A stretch of 64,000 bases of DNA, taken from the sequence record MN850595.1; one strand, written 5' to 3'. The stretch is from Escherichia phage naswa. A model generated the notes under the pieces. That model had not been told where the DNA came from, searched no databases, and was given only the letters and a program-made list of their open reading frames with translations. The number at the start of each line of letters is the position of its first letter. Within the stretch, counting starts at the first letter, position 1. The position numbers were made by a program, and so were the translations under genes. Positions 45,576 to 53,532 of this stretch are shown here, piece by piece.

Positions 45576-45757
45576 CCCTCATCGCACGTCTGATATAACC
45601 ACTCTATAAAATCTTGATACCATTCGCCCTCTGAGCGCTCCGTAGGCCAATAATCTTCACCCTCTCGTGCATTAAAATCTGAGTATTCAACTTTCCACTC
45701 CTTTACCAGCTCGTGGAGAAGGTTTTCAGCCTGCTCTAAAGATTTATTTTTTACCAT
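45572..45757 (-). CDS. Hypothetical protein
   Basis: Start set to ATG after AAGGAGA RBS. Confidence 0.45.
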   Translation of the reverse strand: MVKNKSLEQAENLLHELVKEWKVEYSDFNAREGEDYWPTERSEGEWYQDFIEWLYQTCDEG

Positions 45758-45976
45758 TGCTGTCTCCTTTTTCAAGATAGTTATACATCAGAACTGCACC
45801 ACCTAAGATGGCTACCAGTAACAATACCCCAGATAGCATCTCAATAAACATGGCTTGAAACACTGGAAGGCCTCCCTAAATTAACGCACCATTTTAAATA
45901 CATGCTCTTTTCCCATAAAGGTGCCTGGCTAAGATCTGCGTAGAACGCAATCTCTTTAAGAACAGTATAAACAGTT

Positions 45977-46213
45977 TTAGGTGCGGTCTCCATCCCTACC
46001 CTCCTTTTTCTCCTTACGGATATTCTTGTAGTAATCAACCAGGCACATTATCACGATGAAGATAACAACAGGCCAAAAAGGTGCAGCAGTGATGATGGTG
46101 ATAAAATCATCAAACTTCACCCTTCGTCTGGACACGATGCATACACCTGTCAAGAATACCGCTGTTATAACGGACATTACCAGGTAACCTATTAGCACAA
46201 CATTTATACTCAT
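45977..46213 (-). CDS. Hypothetical membrane protein
   Basis: Two TM-like segments; AAGGGAGGA RBS. Confidence 0.5.
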   Translation of the reverse strand: MSINVVLIGYLVMSVITAVFLTGVCIVSRRRVKFDDFITIITAAPFWPVVIFIVIMCLVDYYKNIRKEKKEGRDGDRT

Positions 46214-46243
46214 TGGTCCTCCCTTTGTAGGTTAAATTGTATA

Positions 46244-46777
46244 CTACAAATGGCAACTGAGGGTGTCAAGAAAATTATCCCGTTCTTTCTCAGAGTTTTC
46301 ATGGGTGTAGCTGAAAAACATATCGAGAATAACCTTATTGATATATTCCAGCTCCTCTGTGTTCAGATGCTTAGCAGGATCTACAATGACATCCCAAATA
46401 TCATACAGACCACACTCATGATACCCATAACGCCACTCAATTGTCAAGCTGAGCGGCAAATCTTTACCGTCACAAACAACCTTCCATCTACATATGTTGG
46501 TATCTGGTCGTATCTGTGCACGGTACACCTGTACAAAATCCAATTTGAATTTGAGGTACTCGTCATACAATTTAAGCACAAAGCTCTCGATTTGTGGAGA
46601 CACTTTTGCAGCAAACTGTGCGTATTTGTACTTGCACTGGATGATCTTTCTGCGTTTTGCAGTTAAATTTTTTGCCGCCAGTTGTTCTTCAGTGTATCTC
46701 CACCTACGATCAACAAACGCAACAGGGTCTTTGTCCCCATAGAGGTCTTCCCAGTTAATCAGAAGCATACCTGTCAC
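46244..46777 (-). CDS. Hypothetical protein
   Basis: 177 aa ORF. Confidence 0.55.
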   Translation of the reverse strand: MTGMLLINWEDLYGDKDPVAFVDRRWRYTEEQLAAKNLTAKRRKIIQCKYKYAQFAAKVSPQIESFVLKLYDEYLKFKLDFVQVYRAQIRPDTNICRWKVVCDGKDLPLSLTIEWRYGYHECGLYDIWDVIVDPAKHLNTEELEYINKVILDMFFSYTHENSEKERDNFLDTLSCHL

Positions 46778-47007
46778 TCCTCCACAACTTCAAGGCCTTT
46801 ACCGCCTCGCTCTGGCAGATTACTTAAAGATAGGTAATACATATAATCAGGAGAGATCCTGCCAGACTCTGCACCTGCAGCTAGTAAATCCTTCCCTTTA
46901 ACCAGGACAACATTCTCGTTTGCAGATAGCCGTTTTGCTTCCACAATTTTACCAACACAGTCAACCAAGGAAGGGTACCCTAAATCTGTAAGAAATTTAA
47001 CTTTCAT
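46774..47007 (-). CDS. Paralog family A small protein
   Basis: MKVKFL N-terminus, VVLVKGKDLLAAG core, GLEVVEE C-terminus. Confidence 0.55.
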   Translation of the reverse strand: MKVKFLTDLGYPSLVDCVGKIVEAKRLSANENVVLVKGKDLLAAGAESGRISPDYMYYLSLSNLPERGGKGLEVVEE

Positions 47008-47046
47008 GCTACCTCCTGCTTCTACCGTCCCTGGTAAGATAAATTA

Positions 47047-47448
47047 TTACTGAACAGAGCGCGGGGCTAGGAAGGATAACTCTTCTAAAGAGAAGATTTC
47101 ATTTCCTACCACCCAAGTTGCTGGATCATCTGGGTCAACAGGCTGGATAATCATTACCTCATCCGCCTCGCACACACGTTTCCCACCTATAGTAGCGGAG
47201 TCAGCCACTAGCATACGAGGCTCTTCAGAAATGCACAGGTAACCTCCTCGGCCCACTGTTCCTTCCACAGGATCCTGCCCTTTGACCACAATGAATACCT
47301 TCTCTCCTGTGGCGATATTACTTTGCACACTAACAGTTTGACCAACTTTAGATGTACCGATCTTGGTGGCTTCAAACATTAAATCCCGAATTACTGTTGC
47401 ATAGTTGCCGGACACTTTCTTACCTTCTTTAGTAATCTCAATCTTCAT
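47047..47448 (-). CDS. Hypothetical protein (possible extended family A member)
   Basis: MKIEIT N-terminus and KVFIVVKGQD core. Confidence 0.5.
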   Translation of the reverse strand: MKIEITKEGKKVSGNYATVIRDLMFEATKIGTSKVGQTVSVQSNIATGEKVFIVVKGQDPVEGTVGRGGYLCISEEPRMLVADSATIGGKRVCEADEVMIIQPVDPDDPATWVVGNEIFSLEELSFLAPRSVQ

Positions 47449-47720
47449 AATCTAGGCTCCTTAAATGAATCTATGTAATCAATTAAATCCCAAGCATCGC
47501 GATGGGCTGTCAGAGGGTATACTTCTCCGAGAGGGATCATAGCAATAAGTCTATCAAAAACCCAGTCTGGACGCAACATTTTATGGTGATATTCCCACTC
47601 ACCTTCCACAGATTTTTTCTGAGTGATCAGGATCTCTGTGTAGTGTTTCGACTGTCTTGAGTAGATTGAAAATGACTTGTACATAAATGACCCCCTCTTG
47701 TTGAAAACAACAATACACAA
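47445..47720 (-). CDS. Hypothetical protein
   Basis: 91 aa ORF. Confidence 0.5.
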   Translation of the reverse strand: MCIVVFNKRGSFMYKSFSIYSRQSKHYTEILITQKKSVEGEWEYHHKMLRPDWVFDRLIAMIPLGEVYPLTAHRDAWDLIDYIDSFKEPRL

Positions 47721-48005
47721 CTACCAGGTTACTGTCAAGTAGGCAACCGTATTATTTTTCTCTGGGGAGATGCCAACAACATCTACCTGCAGACCTCCTG
47801 CCCTTAAATCTCCAACAATGTGCGGGAAGTAATCTGAGAGATGCGATGGTAGATTTATCGAAAATCCGCACCCCAGAAAGCCTGCTAACGCTTTATTTTG
47901 TATCTCCCCTACAATCGCATCATAAATAGAGTTAAGCTCGTCAGGAAGCGTTACAGGACGTTTTAGCGCTAACTGGTGTAATTTGTCCTTAGCACTCATT
48001 TTCAT
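47721..48005 (-). CDS. Hypothetical protein
   Basis: Start set to ATG with ATGA overlap on methyltransferase stop. Confidence 0.45.
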   Translation of the reverse strand: MKMSAKDKLHQLALKRPVTLPDELNSIYDAIVGEIQNKALAGFLGCGFSINLPSHLSDYFPHIVGDLRAGGLQVDVVGISPEKNNTVAYLTVTW

Positions 48006-48535
48006 TTCAGGTCTACCTCTGGAGGTGCCAACCACATAAATGGCGGCAAGTCTAAACGGTTTTTCTTATCCCAGACAAAATATGCATATGCTTGCCCGTC
48101 AGTTCTGCCATTTGATTGAAAAGATGGACGCTTAGATATTGTGATCACAGTGGTAGGTGCATTATCAAGCCACCATTCAAATCTGGCTTTGCTTTCCAGA
48201 AAATTAAGACGCAAAAGCATAATAACTACGTCAGCATCTTTCAACGCCTTGTCTACAAACTCACGAGCCAAACTGTATGGTGGGTTGGTGATAATACAGT
48301 CAACATGGTTGTATTCTGTATTCAGATAGTCAACACCTTCTTGGATTTCTCCCCATGCAGATCCTAACGGCATACGTGAGTAGAACACACCTGAGGCACT
48401 ATTCCTGCAAGGCTCTAAATAGGTCCAGTCTTCTGGGAACGGAATAAGGTCATACAGCCCTTCTGCACACCACTCCGGTGTCACATACTCATCGTAAGCG
48501 TTACGTTGTTCATCAGGTTTTCTAGCACAAGTCAT
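48002..48535 (-). CDS. Small DNA N6-adenine methyltransferase-like protein (NPPY motif)
   Basis: Catalytic-type motif IITNPPY; GGAGA RBS; follows ClpP-like terminator. Confidence 0.6.
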   Translation of the reverse strand: MTCARKPDEQRNAYDEYVTPEWCAEGLYDLIPFPEDWTYLEPCRNSASGVFYSRMPLGSAWGEIQEGVDYLNTEYNHVDCIITNPPYSLAREFVDKALKDADVVIMLLRLNFLESKARFEWWLDNAPTTVITISKRPSFQSNGRTDGQAYAYFVWDKKNRLDLPPFMWLAPPEVDLK

Positions 48536-48550
48536 GCAAATCTCCAGATC

Positions 48551-48576
48551 ATAAAAGCCCTCCGAAGAGGGCTTTA
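48551..48576 (-). terminator. Rho-independent terminator (minus strand)
   Basis: AAAGCCCTC-ttcg-GAGGGCTTT hairpin followed by TTTTAT on minus strand. Confidence 0.6.
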
Positions 48577-48586
48577 GAATTAATGT

Positions 48587-49636
48587 TTAAGCTTCTTCGA
48601 CAATTCCTGCACCCAGGATTTTTTCATTGAGCTCTTTTGCTGTTTTAATAATATTGTCCACCAGACGCTTGCGAGTCTTATCTTTTACCTTAACCTCTTC
48701 ACCGCCGTTCAGGGTTGTCTTCAATTGGGACAGAATGTCTTGAAGTTCAACGACAGAGAATCGCTGCAGATCTTCTGAAGTAATCTCACTCAGGGCAATT
48801 CTGACGGTCTCGCCACTTTCCATCTGCAGATTCAGGAACACAGTGTGAACATCACCTTTCGAACCACCCGCTTTTGCAGATTCAACAGCATGAACTAACT
48901 CATCTAAAGATGTGCACTGGTGAATCTCCGGAAGACCTGCTTCACCTAACACGCCTTCTTCATCACCTTTTGCCAGAAGCTTTTTCGGTTTTTGTCCGTT
49001 CTGGATGCGTTGTATGTTGCCTTCATCCAGAATAATAGCTCCAGTGCGTGCTGCCAGCTCTTCTCCGTCCAACCACACTTCGCCACCAGCTGTGATGGAT
49101 GCGATCTCATCTTCTGTCAGCACCCCACCGTAGTATTTTTCGATCAGGCGTTCAAAACGTTTTTTCCAGTAGCTGACCTGAGTATTCATGTTCACACCGT
49201 TACCATAAGTGCCACCTTGATAGTAGTGGAACATAAACTCTGTGTCCGGAGCCACAGTACGTTCTTTACAACCAAGCCATAAGATTGTTCCAGCAGAGCA
49301 GCACATCCCTTCAGCATGTGCAACAACGCTTGCCTGAGACTCTCGGAATGCCTGCAGATAAGCCATTGCAATGTGCACGCAACCCCCAGGGCTATTGATG
49401 ATCACCCGAATGCTTTCTTCCGGCTGAGCCATACGGATCGTCTGCAGACGAGACATATGATCTTGTAAGTCTTCCAAATCGTCGATATAAAGAACGTGGT
49501 CAACAACAGGTGTTGGGTAGCTGTATGTTTCCATGATACCGCCCGGCATACCAAACATTTTATTACTCATAGGTTCGAAACCGTTCTGTTTTTCTTTCAT
49601 GCCGTGTACCATGGTTCTGCGAGGTGTTAAATTCAT
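48587..49636 (-). CDS. ClpP-like serine protease with ~150 aa C-terminal extension
   Basis: INSPGG motif, Ser in GMCCSAG, His in FMFHYY; AAGGA RBS. Confidence 0.7.
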   Translation of the reverse strand: MNLTPRRTMVHGMKEKQNGFEPMSNKMFGMPGGIMETYSYPTPVVDHVLYIDDLEDLQDHMSRLQTIRMAQPEESIRVIINSPGGCVHIAMAYLQAFRESQASVVAHAEGMCCSAGTILWLGCKERTVAPDTEFMFHYYQGGTYGNGVNMNTQVSYWKKRFERLIEKYYGGVLTEDEIASITAGGEVWLDGEELAARTGAIILDEGNIQRIQNGQKPKKLLAKGDEEGVLGEAGLPEIHQCTSLDELVHAVESAKAGGSKGDVHTVFLNLQMESGETVRIALSEITSEDLQRFSVVELQDILSQLKTTLNGGEEVKVKDKTRKRLVDNIIKTAKELNEKILGAGIVEEA

Positions 49637-49696
49637 GAGAAATCCTTAATATTGGAAGTTGAAAGCTATTTATTTAAACCTGATTCACATTTACCT

Positions 49697-50008
49697 TTAT
49701 TTAGCAATCACTATGGAATACTTACGATTGTCAGAAGCATCACAACTCAATGATTGCCAGTCTACCACATACCACGTATCATTGTCAACAATTACTTTAT
49801 CGCCTGTTCTGTAGCAAGTGCTGCTTTCAATAATTCGAGACTCGATAAAGAATCTGTGTCGGCGCTCACGTAGCAACGCTAAGTTAATTATATTACCACC
49901 GCTGTCCTTGGTCCACACATTCTTGGATCCCTTATTTGCCAAAATTGTCTCGCCGTTATAGACAAACAGGCAGTATATTTTATTCAGTTTCTCTTGTATT
50001 GTAGCCAT
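49697..50008 (-). CDS. Hypothetical protein
   Basis: 103 aa ORF downstream of minus-strand consensus promoter. Confidence 0.5.
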   Translation of the reverse strand: MATIQEKLNKIYCLFVYNGETILANKGSKNVWTKDSGGNIINLALLRERRHRFFIESRIIESSTCYRTGDKVIVDNDTWYVVDWQSLSCDASDNRKYSIVIAK

Positions 50009-50036
50009 ACTGTCCTTCTCTCTGTTTTGTCCGATA

Positions 50037-50065
50037 ATAATATCTAAAGCTTACCTATTTGTCAA
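50037..50065 (-). promoter_or_regulatory. Sigma70-like promoter on minus strand (TTGACA-17-TATTAT)
   Basis: Reverse-complement consensus hexamers. Confidence 0.55.
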
Positions 50066-50109
50066 CAACTGTTTTAGATATTTAAGGGTGGAATAACCAC
50101 CCTTCTGTA

Positions 50110-50898
50110 TTACTCGGAAACAGGGGTCCAAATATGATTTGCACGATCCTCAATAAGATTGAGTGCGATTTGACGACCCAACCCGGAACGAACGACATCG
50201 TCTGGACTATCAAAGCTGATCATTCCAACCTCAGGATCTGGATGACGAGTAAAGAAATCCGTCACCCATGCAAGGCCAGATTTACCAGGGATGTCACGTT
50301 GGCTATTATCACCCATAATTACAAGGGTGGCTTGATCAGAGATCCTTGTGATAATTGACAACATTTCTTCAGGGTTAGTTTGCTGTGCCTCGTCAATCAG
50401 GACAAAGCATCGCTCATCGAAACTACGACCACGAATGCTTTCAACTTCACAAATCTCGATACGACTGTTCTGACCGTCTCCCAGCATTGCGGCAAAAGCA
50501 CCTTTGCCAACACGACGACAAATCGTGTCCATCATGCTTCGAAGATAGGGCCACAGTTTCTGCATTGCATTTCCGGGTTTAAATCCTGAAGTCTTTCCTG
50601 TCTGGACGTAAGGACGTGCAACAATGATCTTATCAATCTCGTTCTTACGCAGAAGATCACCTGCATATGCAGATGCCATAAATGTCTTACCGGATCCAAA
50701 CACACCGTTTACAATAATAATCTTACGTGACCCTAGATAATCAAGATACTTTTGCTGCTTCTTATTCATTGGTCGGAGAGCTGGAGCGGTGTGCTCTCTT
50801 TCGTCAGCAAATTTCTCAGCAGCCTTACGCAGGCGATCAGATTTGCGAGCCTCTCTAGCTTCATCACGCATGCGTTTTGTTTCTTTAGCTCGACCCAT
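50110..50898 (-). CDS. phoH: PhoH-like ATPase
   Basis: Walker A GVFGSGKT, VLIDEAQQ, MGDNSQRDIP motifs; AAGGAG RBS. Confidence 0.8.
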   Translation of the reverse strand: MGRAKETKRMRDEAREARKSDRLRKAAEKFADEREHTAPALRPMNKKQQKYLDYLGSRKIIIVNGVFGSGKTFMASAYAGDLLRKNEIDKIIVARPYVQTGKTSGFKPGNAMQKLWPYLRSMMDTICRRVGKGAFAAMLGDGQNSRIEICEVESIRGRSFDERCFVLIDEAQQTNPEEMLSIITRISDQATLVIMGDNSQRDIPGKSGLAWVTDFFTRHPDPEVGMISFDSPDDVVRSGLGRQIALNLIEDRANHIWTPVSE

Positions 50899-50936
50899 GT
50901 TGGGACTCCTTTCAGATTGAGATGTGCCAAGTACTT

Positions 50937-51287
50937 TTACTGCAACAGTTTTTCAATAGCCGCTTCCATGCTGCTTGCAACAGCCTGAACTCGGATATTC
51001 ATCTCTTCTTGGTGGATCAGCTCCTTAAGCTCTTTAATGGTAAATTCTTTAGAGAAACCTTCCACCATAATCTTGTGCAAGGCTTCTTGCGTGTCTACTT
51101 GCAAGAACTTTTCCAGTTTGTTGGCAGAGGCTTCTAAATCAGCCCGAATACGAGGGTCATCTGTGCGATTCAGCATTAGGCGTAAGCCATCAAGATTAGT
51201 AGAAATAGCATCTGCATGTTGAGTAACTAACCGTGGCAAAATGAGATCTACAAACTTATTAGCCAAATCGATACGTTCTTGTGTCAC
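50937..51287 (-). CDS. Hypothetical alpha-helical protein
   Basis: 116 aa ORF, GTG start overlapping upstream small ORF stop. Confidence 0.5.
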   Translation of the reverse strand: MTQERIDLANKFVDLILPRLVTQHADAISTNLDGLRLMLNRTDDPRIRADLEASANKLEKFLQVDTQEALHKIMVEGFSKEFTIKELKELIHQEEMNIRVQAVASSMEAAIEKLLQ

Positions 51288-51397
51288 TGTTGCACCCCCT
51301 CTTCATCTTCATGATGTTTCTTTTCACGCTTGTGTTTTTTCTTAAGCTCAAGCGCAATCTCTTTCTTGTACGCCTTCTTCAAGGCTTTTTTAGCCAT
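51284..51397 (-). CDS. Small lysine-rich basic peptide (37 aa), not in ORF track
   Basis: ATG 5 nt after GAGGAGGTG RBS, downstream of consensus promoter; MAKKALKKAYKKEIALELKKKHKREKKHHEDEEGVQQ. Confidence 0.4.
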   Translation of the reverse strand: MAKKALKKAYKKEIALELKKKHKREKKHHEDEEGVQQ

Positions 51398-51426
51398 TTG
51401 GCACCTCCTCTGCTTTCATTACGACA

Positions 51427-51456
51427 ATTATAACCGACTTAACAAAGCTTTGTCAA
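51427..51456 (-). promoter_or_regulatory. Sigma70-like promoter on minus strand (TTGACA-18-TATAAT)
   Basis: Reverse-complement consensus hexamers just downstream of nrdG. Confidence 0.55.
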
Positions 51457-51459
51457 CGA

Positions 51460-51933
51460 TTAGTCAACCTGAACCCAACCATCTGCTACCTTTTTAAACA
51501 TTCTTTGGTTATCACTGCCTCTAAAGGGTTTTTTGGTGGGGTTATCTTTTTCGTACTTACCGTCCATAATGTAATCAACACTATCTTTAATGTAATCGGG
51601 GACTTCTTCAAACAAATACCCTGTGTACACCCAGATAGTTTTTGTGTTGCCGAAGTGTTCACGGATAGCGCGAATGATCGAGTACATACCATCAATATTG
51701 TAAGGCGCTAAAGGTTCGCCACCGCATAATGTAACGCCAGTAATGTGTTTCGGCTCTATAGAGTGAAGTATACTCTCAATAGTGTCATTTGTTAACGGTT
51801 CCCCTTTAGCTGGTGACCAAACACTTTTGTTTTGGCAACCGACGCAGTGATGTGGGCAACCAGAACAGAACACCGTTGTCCTAATGCCTGGGCCGTCAAC
51901 CATGCTACACTCTATAATATTAACAACATTCAT
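51460..51933 (-). CDS. nrdG: Anaerobic ribonucleotide reductase activating protein (radical SAM)
   Basis: DGPGIRTTVFCSGCPHHCVGCQN motif. Confidence 0.8.
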   Translation of the reverse strand: MNVVNIIECSMVDGPGIRTTVFCSGCPHHCVGCQNKSVWSPAKGEPLTNDTIESILHSIEPKHITGVTLCGGEPLAPYNIDGMYSIIRAIREHFGNTKTIWVYTGYLFEEVPDYIKDSVDYIMDGKYEKDNPTKKPFRGSDNQRMFKKVADGWVQVD

Positions 51934-52166
51934 TCCTTATCCTCTTTTAGGTAAGGATATTCAGGCCCACAATAAGCTCTATCCAAGAAAACAGCTTCTT
52001 CCCCTCTGGAATCAGTAGATCTATAATACCCATCACCATGGTAACTAACGAACCAGTGGCACCCATCATCGCTTTCTACTGTTGTGGCTCTGTCCGAATG
52101 AAAGATAATTTCGTAATCCTTACCGAATGTAAACCATCTGTTAGCTTTTACACAGACACCTATCAT
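51930..52166 (-). CDS. Hypothetical protein
   Basis: 78 aa ORF, ATGA overlap with nrdG. Confidence 0.45.
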   Translation of the reverse strand: MIGVCVKANRWFTFGKDYEIIFHSDRATTVESDDGCHWFVSYHGDGYYRSTDSRGEEAVFLDRAYCGPEYPYLKEDKE

Positions 52167-52317
52167 AAGGAACCTCTCTTCTGTGATGTGCTTCTATTCA
52201 AGATAAACCTATAAAAGTCCATTTGATGAAGCCGTATAACTTTTTATACTTACGCTTCAGTGCTAACAATTTTATCTTGATTTTCTTGATAGATTTCCGC
52301 ATTTCGACCCCTTATGC

Positions 52318-52434
52318 TTATAAGTACTCCGCATCGCATTCAGGGCAATGCCAAATAAAATCGTCCAGTGCCTTGCACCAACGAAGATTGCAACGACAAC
52401 CACACTTGCAAATTTTATAAATACCTGATGACAT
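52318..52434 (-). CDS. Small Cys-rich zinc-ribbon peptide (38 aa), not in ORF track
   Basis: ATG after GGAGG RBS; CKCGCRCN...CPEC pattern. Confidence 0.35.
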   Translation of the reverse strand: MSSGIYKICKCGCRCNLRWCKALDDFIWHCPECDAEYL

Positions 52435-52486
52435 ACTGCACCTCCTTAGTTAATAGCATGTTTAAGATATGCATATCTTTCTACAA

Positions 52487-53419
52487 TCATTTACCACAAA
52501 TCTTCTTGTATACCTCTTCTACCGTGTCAAACACTTCAGGCCTGTAGTAGAAAAACTCAGTGCTACCGTCAAATTTTACAGGAAAGTTTATTTTATACTT
52601 GCTCAAGGCCTTATGCACAGATTTTTCTAAATCTACCATGTTTTGAGTTGATCCGCTCCATGTTTTTACTACGTGAAGAGTGTGGACACCTGCGCCAGAT
52701 TTACGAGCACTGTTAAGCACCTCATTTTTCCTCCTGTGCATTTTAACGCATACACCGATTTTCATAAGTGTTGGCACTTCTAAGTCATCAACCATAATGT
52801 AGAGTTTACCGTACTCATGAGATAAGAATCCATTTTGTGCGCATTTACAGCAGCCACGACCACTTTTTAGGTTATTAGGTTTAGCAGACCACTTATACCT
52901 ACAAATTTTGCACCTACATTGCACTTTTGTGTTATCATTGGCAATTTTCTCTAATATTTCTATGTCTGGGTTGGCTTTGTGGATAATTGCAGCGTGCTCC
53001 TTATGGGTTAACGCTTGACTTTTCCCACGTCTTAAGTCATAGCACTCTGGGCAGCCGTTTCTTTGGTATAAGTGGTTTTCAGGGTATTGTTCAAACACAC
53101 CGTGTTCAGGGCAAACAATTTTTACAGGCGTTCTCATGTTCGCATATTTGACTAATGAGTAATCGTACTTGTCCCCATGAACAGCCATAGCCTCTTTTAT
53201 GAACTCTTCAGTGTTCTTTTTCGCTGACCCACCACACCTTGGACAACCATGATTCTTGAAAGCATGTGCCACAGGGGTTTGCCAGAACTCACCGTGCTCA
53301 GGACAAATTATACACACAGGTGTCTTGTTGTTTTTATACTCCACTTTGAAGTAATCATATTTGTCACCATGTATAGTCTGAGCTTTTTCTATAAACTCTT
53401 CGGTTGTTAGTCTTCTCAT
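52487..53419 (-). CDS. Putative homing endonuclease-like protein (tandem zinc-binding modules + T5orf172-like C-terminal domain)
   Basis: Three repeats of IHGDKYDY...CPEHGxFxQxP..H....GCPxC; C-terminal KIGVCVK...GSTEFF resembles T5orf172 domain; sits between nrdD and nrdG. Confidence 0.5.
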   Translation of the reverse strand: MRRLTTEEFIEKAQTIHGDKYDYFKVEYKNNKTPVCIICPEHGEFWQTPVAHAFKNHGCPRCGGSAKKNTEEFIKEAMAVHGDKYDYSLVKYANMRTPVKIVCPEHGVFEQYPENHLYQRNGCPECYDLRRGKSQALTHKEHAAIIHKANPDIEILEKIANDNTKVQCRCKICRYKWSAKPNNLKSGRGCCKCAQNGFLSHEYGKLYIMVDDLEVPTLMKIGVCVKMHRRKNEVLNSARKSGAGVHTLHVVKTWSGSTQNMVDLEKSVHKALSKYKINFPVKFDGSTEFFYYRPEVFDTVEEVYKKICGK

Positions 53420-53532
53420 TACCAGACCAGACCCTTCCGCTATTCACTTTATATTGCATACTATAGAAAAGAGGAATAGAAGTCAATAAAAACAAAAAAA
53501 AATGAGAGCATCCTTGCTCTCCACCTCTTTCC

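Noticed and set aside
45744-45993. Possible extra small minus-strand ORFs (about 50 aa at 45841-45993 and about 35 aa at 45744-45851)
   Set aside because: Overlapping frames with weak or absent RBS for the second; not confident enough to list as features.
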